From: a virus
Lineage: Duplodnaviria > Caudoviricetes
Reading direction: 5' to 3' (one strand)
DNA length: 64,000 nt
Virus record (IMG/VR): IMGVR_UViG_2654587994_000003
Coordinates: 1-64,000 of that record
Shown here: piece by piece, positions 29,066-38,976 of the stretch
Layout of the letters: each line of letters opens with the position of its first letter
How positions within the stretch are numbered: position 1 is the first letter of the stretch
The notes under the pieces: model-generated
Seen by the model: only the letters and a program-made list of their open reading frames with translations
Databases searched by the model: none
What the model was told of the DNA's origin: nothing
Position numbers and translations under genes: made by a program

Positions 29066-31560
29066 GCTTCAAGGATTGCATGCATACAGCCGTCGAAGGC
29101 GGCGAAGTTTCGAAAGAGGACGCCGCACGCCTCACCCGCGAGTTCGACCGGATGCGCGAGAAATTCGCTGCTAACAGCGAAGTGACGGCTGACGCGGAGG
29201 CGAAAAAGGCATTGGCAGAATTGCTGAAGGCTGAAAGCGCCCATCAGAAACGCAAGGCGAAACTCTCGCTTTCGTCGATCAAACGGATTGCGGCCGACAT
29301 CAACAGCTATAAAAATCCGCGCGGTGAACACGATGTTGGTGCTGCAGCGCTGGACCTGCTCGAACACTTTGGCACCGCGCCCTTCGACAGTGTCGAAGGC
29401 CGGCGCAAGGCGATCATCGGCATGGCTCATGCCCGAATGGATGAAGTGCTGTCCCATTTCAAGCGTTCCGCGCTTCTGGGTGACGTTGGTCGGCACAACA
29501 AGGCCCAACTGGACGAGGTGGTGCGCGAGGCTTTTGGCGAAAATTCCGGAAACCCCGCATCCAAACAATTCGCCCAGGTATGGGAAGATACCCACGAATG
29601 GCTGCGCAGGCGATTTAACGCCGCCGGCGGTGCGATCGGCAAGCTCGAGCGCTGGGGATTGCCGCAGCATCATGATGCGCGGGCTTTGCGCAAAATGGGC
29701 CTCGACCAGTGGAAAGCGGATATTCGTCCCCTCCTCGATGTCAGCCGCATGAAAAATCCGTTGACCAGTCAGCCGATCGACGCGGCCGAGCTCGACGATA
29801 TTCTCGATGGCATCTGGACCAACATTGCGACGGAAGGCTGGTCGAAACGCGAACCGTTGCGCCAGGCGTTCGGTAAAGGCGCGCTTGCCAACCAGCGCGC
29901 CGAGCACCGCTTCCTGATTTTCCGTGACGCCGACAGCTGGCTTCGATACCAGCGCGATTACGGTGGCGGCGGTGATGCATTCGCCGCCATGATGGGCCAT
30001 ATCAACATGATGGCGAAAGACATCGCTGCGATGGAGGTACTAGGCCCCAATCCCAACGGCACCATCGAGTGGCTGAAACAGGCGGTTCAGAAACAGGCGA
30101 TGGAGAAGGTTGCCGGCCGGCCGAGCCGCTTTGCCGGAAAGCCGGAACGGGCGATCGACGGCGCGCAGGCTGCCAACAAGAAGATTGACGCAGTCTGGGG
30201 CTCCATCCGTGGAACGCTCGAAACGCCTGTCAATGGCCGCTGGGCTTCAGGCCTGGCTGCCACCCGCAGTCTCATCACCGCAAGTGTTCTCGGATCTGCC
30301 GCGCTGTCTTCCGTCTCCGATATCGGCACGAGCATGATAGCCAGGCAGTTCGTTGGCATTGGCGCCCGCGGTGCTTTTGCTGACCTGGTAAAGGCCGCCG
30401 GCACGCAAACACGAAGGGAGGCGGTTGCTTCCGGCCTCATCCTCGAGGAGGCGATGCACGTCTTCCATGCACAGGCCCGGTACGTCGGCACGATCGACGG
30501 CCGCGGCTGGTCCGGGTTCCTTGCCGATCGGGTACTGACCCTTTCGGGTCTTACGCCCTGGAGCCAGGCAGGCCGCCATGCCTTCGGTCTCGCCTTCATG
30601 CGAACCGCTGCAGAAAACGCCGGCAAGCCCTTCGCTTCGTTGCCGCCGGCGTTCCGTGACGTCATGAGCCGCTACGGGATCCGTGAGCTCGACTGGGACA
30701 AGATGCGCAAACTGCCAATGCATGACATGGGCAGCGGCACCAAGATCATGCGGCCGAACGAGATCGCCGAGCGACTGGATGAGCGGCTGGCAGAACGCTA
30801 TCTGACGATGATCCAGGCCGAAACCGAATATGCAATTCCGTCCGGATCCGCACGCTCGAAAGTCATGCTGGTCGATGAGAACCGCCCGGGCACCTTCATC
30901 GGCGAAGTGGTGCGCAGCTTCGCCCAGTTCAAAAGCTTCGGCGCCGTTTTCCTGCTTTTGCACGGCCGACGCGTTGCCGGACTGCTGGTAGGAGACGATC
31001 CTTGGAAAGGTGCCCGGTATGCCAGTGCTCTACTGATATCGACAACACTTTTCGGCGGCATGGCGCTCCAGCTTAAGTCAATGGCGAGCGGTCGAGATCC
31101 TCAGGATATGGCGAGTGGTGCATTCTGGGGTGCCGCGATGCTGCAAGGCGGCGGCCTTGGCATTTTCGGTGATTTCCTGTTTTCTAATATCAACAGGTAT
31201 GGCGGCGGCTTTGCAACGACATTCGGCGGCCCGCTCATGCAGCGCGCCAACGATGCCTGGAACCTCACCGCCGGCAACGTCGCCCAGCTGGCCAGCGGCG
31301 AGAAAACGCACTTCGGCCGCGAGCTCGTCAAGTTCATGAAGGGCAACACACCCGGATCCACCATCTGGTATACAAAGCTTGCCTGGGAAAGGATCGTCTG
31401 GGACCAGTTGCAATACCTGATCGATCCCGAGGCCAACAAAGCGTTCAAGCAACGCCAGCGCTTCTTCGACAAGGAATTCGGCCAGGGGTTCTGGTGGCGA
31501 CCCGGACAGGTTGCCCCTGACCGAGGGCCGAGCCTGCCGGCAGCGATCGGCGCAAGTTGA
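29062..31560 (+). CDS. Large internal virion (DNA ejection) protein
   Basis: WGLPQHHD, QFKSF, LQGGGLGIFGDFL motifs of BPP-1-like injection proteins. Confidence 0.8.
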   Translation: MSFKDCMHTAVEGGEVSKEDAARLTREFDRMREKFAANSEVTADAEAKKALAELLKAESAHQKRKAKLSLSSIKRIAADINSYKNPRGEHDVGAAALDLLEHFGTAPFDSVEGRRKAIIGMAHARMDEVLSHFKRSALLGDVGRHNKAQLDEVVREAFGENSGNPASKQFAQVWEDTHEWLRRRFNAAGGAIGKLERWGLPQHHDARALRKMGLDQWKADIRPLLDVSRMKNPLTSQPIDAAELDDILDGIWTNIATEGWSKREPLRQAFGKGALANQRAEHRFLIFRDADSWLRYQRDYGGGGDAFAAMMGHINMMAKDIAAMEVLGPNPNGTIEWLKQAVQKQAMEKVAGRPSRFAGKPERAIDGAQAANKKIDAVWGSIRGTLETPVNGRWASGLAATRSLITASVLGSAALSSVSDIGTSMIARQFVGIGARGAFADLVKAAGTQTRREAVASGLILEEAMHVFHAQARYVGTIDGRGWSGFLADRVLTLSGLTPWSQAGRHAFGLAFMRTAAENAGKPFASLPPAFRDVMSRYGIRELDWDKMRKLPMHDMGSGTKIMRPNEIAERLDERLAERYLTMIQAETEYAIPSGSARSKVMLVDENRPGTFIGEVVRSFAQFKSFGAVFLLLHGRRVAGLLVGDDPWKGARYASALLISTTLFGGMALQLKSMASGRDPQDMASGAFWGAAMLQGGGLGIFGDFLFSNINRYGGGFATTFGGPLMQRANDAWNLTAGNVAQLASGEKTHFGRELVKFMKGNTPGSTIWYTKLAWERIVWDQLQYLIDPEANKAFKQRQRFFDKEFGQGFWWRPGQVAPDRGPSLPAAIGAS

Positions 31561-31610
31561 CCCTACCTACCCCATGAAATCATGGCCCTGTCGAAATCAG
31601 GGCCATTTTC

Positions 31611-33554
31611 ATGAGCAGCGTCTTTCCTATCACTGACGACCCGCGGTACCGCAGATACACGGCCAGTGCCGGCCAGACTGTGTTTCCCATCCCCTTTCCC
31701 TTCCTCCAGAACGAGGATCTGGGGATTTATCTTCAGACGTCCTCGAGCGAGTACACCCTCTTCCCTCCCGAAACGTACGTCCTGTCCGGGGCGGAAAATC
31801 CTGCAGGTGGCACGTTGACGCTCAACGTGCCCAGGTCCGCCGGCGATGTTATCTTAATCCTCGGCGAAGCGGTTCTCGACCGCCTCTCTTCGATCGTCAG
31901 AGACGGTCGGTTTTCCAGCTCGTTGATCGACAGCGAACTCGATCGCATTCGCATCATCGAATTGGAGTTTCGGCGCGACAATAACCGCAGTCTGAAAGTG
32001 GATTACGGTGCGGGCGGCCTGACGATTGCAGCTGATCTATCGGATGGTGATACTTTGATGAAACAGGGGGACTGGCTCGTCAAAGGTCCTAATGCAGAGC
32101 ATATCGCATCTGCAGAAGGTTATGCGGAAGAGGCAAAAAGCGCCAGCGAGACAGCGCTTAATGTGCTTGACCAGATACTTATTCGTGCGCCGAACGCATT
32201 TCCGGCGACGCGCTTGGAGTTAAAGGCGCTGCCGACCTCTACTATAACCTCAGCGTATCTTAAGGAACCCGGCCGCGAAGGTCAGTTTATTTGGAAAACC
32301 GGAGACTTTAGTGCGCGAATTGCGGCAGATCCGCAAGGCGCTGTTTATCTCAAGGCAGATGCGGTAGCCGGGACAGCAGGCGCGTGGGTCCGGGCTGTCT
32401 TTACACCACTGGATCCCAGATGGTTCGGGGCCGTTGGAGACGGCGTCATAAACGACGCCGCCGCGATCCAGGCGATGCTAAATTTCGCCGGACAAAACAA
32501 CCTTGCCGTTGAGCTCCCCGCCGGCAAATTTGCATGTGGAACGACGGGCCTGACAGCGTCGGGTGTCCCCAGGATTTGTGGTCGCGGCCGCCAGGCGACA
32601 AAGTTCATTTGGGATGCCGGTTTCACGGGTTTTGGCCTCGACATAACGATAAGCCTCGACGGAGCCTATTCGCAGCAGGTCGAACTGGCGCAGTTCTCCC
32701 TCGAGACGAAGGCCGCCGCTACAGGCGGCGCAATTCGCGTGGTGGGAACGTCTTCAGGCGCGGGGTCCGTGAACATGGATCGCTCCACAAATAGACTGAC
32801 TGTGCGCGATATATTCATCACCGGGAAAACCACCCCTTTGGCAGACGGCTGGTCGACCGGACTTACTATTCGCAACGTTACCAACGCGCTAGTTGATGGG
32901 CTCTCGTTCAGAGGTAAAGTGAACTCTGCGGGCGAGCCGAACTATGACAGCAATGACGCAATCGCGTACCAGGGCGACGGGATTACACCGCACCACGTTG
33001 CCCTTACGCTGGTCAATTCGTTTATCATTTATGCTAAACGCGGCGTGAACTGCTATGATTTTGAGGGCGTTCTCGTCGACAACTGCCAGATCATAGGCGT
33101 AGATAAAGGTGTTCTTTTCGCCGCAGCGACTGATTATCCCCACGCATCCGTAATGAACTCGCATATCAATGCAGCGACGACCTGCATCGAAATCACGAAC
33201 ATCAAAGAGTTCGTCATTGTAGGCAACTGCCTTTATTGTGAGCTAGGGGCCTTTACTGCTAGCCATGTAAGCGTATTTGGCATCAGCTCATTCGGCACGA
33301 TCGGCAACAATATCTTCGAAAACCTGAAGACGGCTTTCCACGTCAACTCCATCACGCTTCGAGATACAGTGCATCACTGCCTCATCACTTCTAACGTTTG
33401 GAAACGAACTAATCCGGTGAACGGATCAACCACCGCCGGGATTTGCATATGGATGATGGCATCTACTACGTGGAACAAAGCCCCGGCAAGCGTTAACCTC
33501 TTCGATGCGTCAGGAACCTATCTTCTGAACCAGGGGACCAACAACTCTGGTTAA
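31611..33554 (+). CDS. Tailspike: T7 gp17-type anchor plus pectate-lyase-like beta-helix depolymerase
   Basis: YTASAGQTVFPIPFPF anchor; WFGAVGDGVINDAAAIQA; N/I-rich repeats. Confidence 0.88.
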   Translation: MSSVFPITDDPRYRRYTASAGQTVFPIPFPFLQNEDLGIYLQTSSSEYTLFPPETYVLSGAENPAGGTLTLNVPRSAGDVILILGEAVLDRLSSIVRDGRFSSSLIDSELDRIRIIELEFRRDNNRSLKVDYGAGGLTIAADLSDGDTLMKQGDWLVKGPNAEHIASAEGYAEEAKSASETALNVLDQILIRAPNAFPATRLELKALPTSTITSAYLKEPGREGQFIWKTGDFSARIAADPQGAVYLKADAVAGTAGAWVRAVFTPLDPRWFGAVGDGVINDAAAIQAMLNFAGQNNLAVELPAGKFACGTTGLTASGVPRICGRGRQATKFIWDAGFTGFGLDITISLDGAYSQQVELAQFSLETKAAATGGAIRVVGTSSGAGSVNMDRSTNRLTVRDIFITGKTTPLADGWSTGLTIRNVTNALVDGLSFRGKVNSAGEPNYDSNDAIAYQGDGITPHHVALTLVNSFIIYAKRGVNCYDFEGVLVDNCQIIGVDKGVLFAAATDYPHASVMNSHINAATTCIEITNIKEFVIVGNCLYCELGAFTASHVSVFGISSFGTIGNNIFENLKTAFHVNSITLRDTVHHCLITSNVWKRTNPVNGSTTAGICIWMMASTTWNKAPASVNLFDASGTYLLNQGTNNSG

Positions 33555-33575
33555 CCCCGCTTAGATTAAGCGGGG
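33555..33575. terminator. Hairpin between convergent tailspike and moron genes
   Basis: CCCCGCTTA-GAT-TAAGCGGGG. Confidence 0.55.
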
Positions 33576-34036
33576 AGCAGCGCGGCGTTGAGGCGGGAAT
33601 TCAGGGCGGCGTCGTCAATGTATGACATTGCCTGCCGAATGTTCGCTCTCATCATCATAATCGTGTTGGTCTTCCGCGACGGCTTTGGACCTTTTCTCAG
33701 TTGATTTAGAGCGTCTTCCGCGATCTGAGAAAGTGTGACATCGAACTCTGAAAGGAACTCAACCGTCAACGCAAAGTCCGCAATTGCCCGCTGGGCCGGG
33801 GGATGCGTTACGAGGTCGAACGATAGGGCGGCCTTTGCAGTCTTATGTTCGACTGCCGGAATCGTAACATTTGCCACATCTTTCAGCCGTCGCTTCCATT
33901 CAGCGCTGGGGAGCAGCGCAATGGTCTCCAGTTCCTCCAATGCAAGGACAGCCTCGCGCAACGCTGCCCCAACGGCAGGATAGCCGTTTTCACAAAAGTC
34001 ACGCGCTCGATCGAATAAGTGTTCGTGCCTGCTCAT
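33566..34036 (-). CDS. Hypothetical alpha-helical protein co-transcribed with GT2
   Basis: Starts 7 bp after the GT2 stop. Confidence 0.65.
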   Translation of the reverse strand: MSRHEHLFDRARDFCENGYPAVGAALREAVLALEELETIALLPSAEWKRRLKDVANVTIPAVEHKTAKAALSFDLVTHPPAQRAIADFALTVEFLSEFDVTLSQIAEDALNQLRKGPKPSRKTNTIMMMRANIRQAMSYIDDAALNSRLNAALLPA

Positions 34037-34043
34037 CGATACT

Positions 34044-35075
34044 TTACCTGGTCTCGCTGATTTTAGAGATGATGGTCCCAAAAAGCATATTGTAGATTTT
34101 GATTCTCATCGAGCGCCATCGCATCCTGCGATAGACTTTCCTGTTTAGCTTTGTCGATCGTTTGATGACATTAATGTATTCGTCCATGATCGCGATTAGT
34201 TCATCGCGATGAGCGCGCATCTTCTTGTCTTGCTTGCTGCTCGGACAGCGAACCGCCCTGCGTGCCTCTCCAATCACCAGTTTTGTAAAGCGCGGATGGA
34301 TCAGGTCGCGAACGAAAAAGCGGTTTTTATCCTTGTCATCAGGGAATAGCGCGCACAGCTTCTTTATATACCTCAGCCGGCTGCGGCTCATCCTGATGCT
34401 GTAAGAGGTGCTATCTGTATTAATACACCAAACCGTCACTGACTTATCGATAAACCTGTTCGTATAGCCACGACGAAACATTCTCAGGAATAGGTCATCA
34501 TCTTCGTAGCCGGTAAACTGCGGGTCGAAACCGCCGACATCTTCATAAGCTTCTCGGGCGATCAACGAAGCAGACGGAAGCACAAACATGTCGTTGCCGA
34601 TAAGATCGGTGATGTGTCGTTTCGGATGGGTGCTGTGGTGCGTCACCATTTCCGTTCGGCTGATGTTTCCGTCACCATCTGCCTCCATAAGATCAGCGTA
34701 GACCCAGCCAAAATGGAGATCATAAGGATCGATGCCCTTAACCAGCGTTTCTATATGGTGCTTTAGGAAAAAATCGTCCTGGTCGAGAAAACAGATGTAC
34801 TTCGACTTTGTGTTCTCTACGCCAAAGTTGCGAGCCGAACCCTGCCCGCCATTGTCTTTGCGAAGAACTGTGAAGCCAATCTCCTTCGAAACCTCGATCA
34901 GCTTTTGATGCTCTTCCTCTGTAGATCCGTCATCAACAACGACGAATTCATTGGCCTTCATCGTCTGTTCGATCACGCTTTTTGCTGATCTTCGGATGAA
35001 GTTCGACCCGTTGTAATAGGGGATAATGACCGCGACTGTTATCTCGCTGGCCTTTTTCTCACTCGGGAAACTCAT
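34044..35075 (-). CDS. Glycosyltransferase family 2 (moron)
   Basis: VIIPYYNG, VVDDGS, NGGQGSARNFG, FLDQDD, GYEDDD; low GC. Confidence 0.92.
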   Translation of the reverse strand: MSFPSEKKASEITVAVIIPYYNGSNFIRRSAKSVIEQTMKANEFVVVDDGSTEEEHQKLIEVSKEIGFTVLRKDNGGQGSARNFGVENTKSKYICFLDQDDFFLKHHIETLVKGIDPYDLHFGWVYADLMEADGDGNISRTEMVTHHSTHPKRHITDLIGNDMFVLPSASLIAREAYEDVGGFDPQFTGYEDDDLFLRMFRRGYTNRFIDKSVTVWCINTDSTSYSIRMSRSRLRYIKKLCALFPDDKDKNRFFVRDLIHPRFTKLVIGEARRAVRCPSSKQDKKMRAHRDELIAIMDEYINVIKRSTKLNRKVYRRMRWRSMRIKIYNMLFGTIISKISETR

Positions 35076-35397
35076 TCAAACTCCGATCAGAATTGACGTC
35101 TTCAGCTGATATACTCGCCTGTCCCCCTTGTAAATTATAGGAAGTCAGAGGTTATGCCTGTCAATACGGGCAACTTCTGATATTCGAGTTTTATCGGTTA
35201 ATGCAACTGCAAATGACATGGGCTTTGTGGAAATCCACGGTCCAAGCGATTCCCGGATAGGCCCTTCAACGCGCCGGACCCTTCTATGGTGGGAGCTTCG
35301 CCAGGCTCATATTCCTCAAAACGCACTACGCCCAGTGCGTTTGACCCTACCCTGCGGCGCGTAACATGGCTCCAGTTGAAAAACCGGAGCCGTTTTC

Positions 35398-36294
35398 ATG
35401 TCCGCCAAACTACCTGAGACTGTCCCACTCCCCGCACAAAACCTACTGGATTTCATCGGCGAAATCGAAGCCCCCAAGGGGTTCGATACGATCTTTGGAA
35501 ACCGCCAGGGAAAACTGCGCGTTCCTCTCACCCAGATGACCTACGGCGACATCATCGATGCGCAAGCCAACTGGGGGAACAAGACGTGGGTGAAAAAAAA
35601 CTGGGGCTATGACACGGCGTCCAGCGCGGCCGGCCGTTATCAGTTCATGCGCGCCACTCTGCAGGACATCGCGAAGGAGGTTCCATCCATCGATGGCAGG
35701 ACAATCTTCTCCAGCGGCTTACAGAACAAGCTCGGTTATTACCTGCTGCTGCGCCGGGGCTATGCCGACTTCATTTCGGGCAAGCTCAACCTCGTCCAGT
35801 TCGGCCTGAAACTCGCCCAGGAGTGGGCAAGTTTTCCCGTGCTTTCCGACACAAAAGGCAAGCACCGGCAGGTGGTCCGCGGCCAGAGCTATTACGCCGG
35901 CGACGGGCTTAACAAGGCTCTGGTCAGGCCGGAGCGCGTGGAGGCACGGCTGCGCCATGTGCTCGATCTCGCCAGGCTCGTGACAGTCGGCGATACGCCG
36001 GCGACGATTTCCCCCGCGCCTGCCCGGCCGGAACCTGACGCCGCCGTGAACACTGCACCCGTGCCGGCGGAAAAGGTGGATCCGGAAAAACTCGACAAGC
36101 CGCTCCTGAAATCGAAAACCGTCTGGCAATGGATCATCACAACAATTGTTGTGCCTCTGGTTGCACTTATCACTAACCCTTGGGTGCAGGCATTCCTGAT
36201 CGCCATAGTCGCCGGATTTGCGATCTACGCCATCAAGCGCCGCTCCGACATTGCAAAGGTGTATCGCGATTTGAAGGCCGAGTTCGATGCTTGA
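35398..36294 (+). CDS. Endolysin, lambda-lysozyme-like, with C-terminal transmembrane segments
   Basis: LLDFIGEIE, SAAGRYQF, LAQEWASFP; hydrophobic C-terminus. Confidence 0.85.
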   Translation: MSAKLPETVPLPAQNLLDFIGEIEAPKGFDTIFGNRQGKLRVPLTQMTYGDIIDAQANWGNKTWVKKNWGYDTASSAAGRYQFMRATLQDIAKEVPSIDGRTIFSSGLQNKLGYYLLLRRGYADFISGKLNLVQFGLKLAQEWASFPVLSDTKGKHRQVVRGQSYYAGDGLNKALVRPERVEARLRHVLDLARLVTVGDTPATISPAPARPEPDAAVNTAPVPAEKVDPEKLDKPLLKSKTVWQWIITTIVVPLVALITNPWVQAFLIAIVAGFAIYAIKRRSDIAKVYRDLKAEFDA

Positions 36295-36577
36295 CCAGGT
36301 CAAGACCGCACTGGCGGTGATCGGCGGGGCGGCAGCCGGTATCACCGCCACATATGCCGTCGCCGCGCTCGTGATGGTGCCGGCGGCGAAGCGGGAAGGC
36401 AAATCGGCGGCTATCGCCGAAATGGCCGTGGCGGCCGCCAAGGTCGAGATGCAAAGAAAGGGTGATGATGCGAGCCTGCAAACCAAAACAGATTATGAGC
36501 TTTGCGTTCTTGGCCTTCGCAGCAACGGCCTGCCAGTCGATGCCTGCGAGCAGCTGCGCGGGGTGGACGAAAAATAA
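36287..36577 (+). CDS. Rz-like inner-membrane spanin
   Basis: N-terminal TM, helical periplasmic part, overlapped by a lipoprotein ORF. Confidence 0.65.
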   Translation: MLDQVKTALAVIGGAAAGITATYAVAALVMVPAAKREGKSAAIAEMAVAAAKVEMQRKGDDASLQTKTDYELCVLGLRSNGLPVDACEQLRGVDEK

Positions 36578-36683
36578 CCTTTCCCCTTCCGGCCTGGTGG
36601 CGTTGATCGCTGCCGATCGGCCGGGCGCGGAAAGGGTAATAGGAAACGACCGTAACGGACAGCGGCAGGGATGTTGGAGCTGA
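36462..36683 (+). CDS. Rz1-like outer-membrane lipoprotein spanin
   Basis: Lipobox ATA-C; overlaps the Rz-like gene in another frame. Confidence 0.65.
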   Translation: MMMRACKPKQIMSFAFLAFAATACQSMPASSCAGWTKNNLSPSGLVALIAADRPGAERVIGNDRNGQRQGCWS

Positions 36684-36684
36684 A

Positions 36685-37014
36685 ATGAACTTTACGGATC
36701 TCCTTGATGCGATCGGGATCAAACTGGGCGTTTTGATTGCCGGTTTCGCCGGCGGCCTTCTTCGTGCGTTGTCCCGGCAAAGTTTCACCGTGCGGGAAGT
36801 CTTTGTCTCCCCGATCTGCGGCGCGCTGGCCGCCGCCTACCTCACCACACCGGTACTGCACTACTTCTACAAAATCGGATGGCCCCTTCCGGAAGATCCT
36901 GTTGCCACGATGCACGCCGCGGCGTTTTTGACGGGCGCCAGCGCAATGTGGATCTCCGATCTTCTGATCCAGGCGCTCAGTCGATGGATCAACAACAGGA
37001 GATCCGTCGGCTGA
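36685..37014 (+). CDS. Holin
   Basis: Three hydrophobic segments, basic C-terminus, in lysis cluster. Confidence 0.7.
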   Translation: MNFTDLLDAIGIKLGVLIAGFAGGLLRALSRQSFTVREVFVSPICGALAAAYLTTPVLHYFYKIGWPLPEDPVATMHAAAFLTGASAMWISDLLIQALSRWINNRRSVG

Positions 37015-37142
37015 GAGAGATATCCACCCTTCACGGTGGATATTTTTTCGCCTTGTTGAGGTTCGGCGACATTCCGCGTATATGAGAAAAAGTCCCACAA
37101 AGGCCCATCGCTACGGCCTTGAAAACGCTTCTGCCAATAGTA

Positions 37143-37188
37143 ACTTTTAATCAGTAGGTCCAGGGTTCGAATCCCTGCGCTCTCACCA
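37143..37188 (+). other. attR: 3' half of tRNA-Lys(TTT)
   Basis: ACTTTTAATCAGTAGGTCCAGGGTTCGAATCCCTGCGCTCTCACCA has anticodon loop, T-arm and CCA but no D-arm or 5' acceptor strand. Confidence 0.88.
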
Positions 37189-37556
37189 CCTCATAATATT
37201 TTTCGTATGTATTTCCATGGGCTTACCCAACCGGCAGGCAATCATCCCGCCGGGTGTTCAAAGCGTTTCCAACATCAACACAGAAAACAAAAGCGTCGCC
37301 ACCACGGACGCCTAGCGGTACGCGTAGATGTAACGTGCTATATTGTCATAAAAGCTGGAAAGATAAGCGGGCAGCCGCCTCAGTCGGGTAAATGTAGACG
37401 GGCAAATTGGACACAGGCTGCATTTCGCAAGGCACCATAAGCGGGAAACAATGAACCGCCGCGTCCTACAACAATGGGAACGTTGCGTCCACGGTCACGC
37501 TCCACTGTCCATCGTCAGGAGTGCCGTGGCTGTAAGCCGGCAAGGAATGGTCGCAA

Positions 37557-38819
37557 TCACTTCCGCGCGGCGGTACGGCGGCAGCGCCAGTTCCAGTCTC
37601 TCGGTTCACCGGTGTCCATATGAACCGATTCGGTATGGCAATAGGTGCCGACACCCCCGCGGTTGGGCAGGGAACGCAGATAGGTTGCAAGCTCCCACTT
37701 GGAGACACCCTTGATCTGTATGTCGGCCGCATCGCAGGTATAGTGTTTTGAACCCTGCCTTATTCCCTTTGGCGGACGGTAGCCGGAGGTGACAATGGCC
37801 GGGCTGTTATAATGTCGCTCCACATCCTTGATCATGCTGATGAGTTCCGGCTTGAAACAACCGACTTCAACGCGATCTGTCTGCAGGAAAAGCCCGTTCG
37901 GCGCGACGCGGGTCAGGCCGGAGAGCGAGGCAAGCTTCATCAGCCCGGTGGGTTCATCGTCCTCTTCATCGAGATGAGCGTCGTCGAATTCGTCGGACAT
38001 CATCGAGCGACCGGAGAGCGCAATGCCCATCGTCTTGTCCGCCGCTCCCGGAAGTGCGGCCACCTGCGTGCCACCTGCCGAACCGCTTTCGATCATTTTC
38101 GGCAGGCGCTTCTTGGCTGCACCGGCGAAAAATGCTGCAAGCGTGACGCCCTTGCCTTCGCCTTCCTGCTTCTCGTCGCCCATGGCGGCACTGGTCGCGG
38201 GCTGCACCGAACCAAGCTGTTCCGATGCGGTTTGTGGCACCGGCACGGCAGCGGGCTGGCGGTTCTCGCTGTGCTGCTCCGGTACCTGCGCGGCTGACGG
38301 CACAGCAACAGGCGCGGATACCGGCTGCGGTTGCGCCACCTGCACAGGGGCGGAGTAAACGCTGCTGAGCGCAGGTGTGATTTTCTGGGAAGGCACGCCC
38401 GCCGCGGCCGCGCCGGGCGCCGTGGCGGCCGGGGAAGGCACTGCGGATGCGGTAGAATAGATGCTTGATGTTCCAGCGGAAATTCCCGTTGGCTGCGTCG
38501 TCAGTCCGGCGATATCGGCGGCAGCGCCGTAACCCTGTGCCGGGCCGCCCGCTGCCTGATGCTGCGCCGGAGCCGTGGTCGCGCCAGCCGCTGACGCCAC
38601 GGCGGGATCCACATAATGCCCCTGCTGCGCACCGGCCGCGGGTGCAGCAGTTGCGGCCATCTGCTGCTTCTGCTGTCCGGCAACTTCCGGCTTTTTGGCA
38701 GTGGCGGCCATCTCCTCGTCAGTCACCGCCGAAACGCATCCGGAAAGCCCCAGCAACGAAACCGCGATGACGAGACGCCGACAAGAAACGCGTCCCTTTG
38801 CGCCCTCGACAGTTTTCAT
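37557..38819 (-). CDS. Lipoprotein with peptidase M15 (D-Ala-D-Ala metallopeptidase) domain
   Basis: LSG-C lipobox; TSGYR, SKHYTCDAAD, VHMD. Confidence 0.88.
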   Translation of the reverse strand: MKTVEGAKGRVSCRRLVIAVSLLGLSGCVSAVTDEEMAATAKKPEVAGQQKQQMAATAAPAAGAQQGHYVDPAVASAAGATTAPAQHQAAGGPAQGYGAAADIAGLTTQPTGISAGTSSIYSTASAVPSPAATAPGAAAAGVPSQKITPALSSVYSAPVQVAQPQPVSAPVAVPSAAQVPEQHSENRQPAAVPVPQTASEQLGSVQPATSAAMGDEKQEGEGKGVTLAAFFAGAAKKRLPKMIESGSAGGTQVAALPGAADKTMGIALSGRSMMSDEFDDAHLDEEDDEPTGLMKLASLSGLTRVAPNGLFLQTDRVEVGCFKPELISMIKDVERHYNSPAIVTSGYRPPKGIRQGSKHYTCDAADIQIKGVSKWELATYLRSLPNRGGVGTYCHTESVHMDTGEPRDWNWRCRRTAARK

Positions 38820-38976
38820 GGGTGGCCTCCGTATCTTTTATTTCCAACAGCAGCACGGGAACGGAATCGTGTGCTTCCCCCAAAACGGGACTGGCCGTTT
38901 CGATTCGCGGACTATGCCTCATCCCCTCAGGACAAGGCAAGAGCGCCCGAAAACGCTGCTGCTCACCGGAAAATCC

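Larger units (their letters stand above)
1..37188. mobile_element. Prophage 1, temperate podovirus (BPP-1/T7-like structural module), integrated at tRNA-Lys(TTT); left end outside window
   Basis: Contiguous int-xis-repressor-replication-terminase-portal-capsid-tail-lysis order, ending at a tRNA 3' fragment, followed by housekeeping genes. Confidence 0.95.

Noticed and set aside
25506-30000. Long minus-strand ORFs (551, 319, 444 aa) and similar ones at 11296-12354 and 19441-20739
   Set aside because: Shadow frames of high-GC structural genes with no motifs or SD, unlike the coupled frames at 4800-6010
31611-37188. Diversity-generating retroelement, expected in some BPP-1-like phages
   Set aside because: No reverse transcriptase ORF and no TR/VR repeat pair seen near the tailspike
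37143-37188. Intact tRNA-Lys gene
   Set aside because: 5' acceptor strand and D-arm are missing; it is an att duplication
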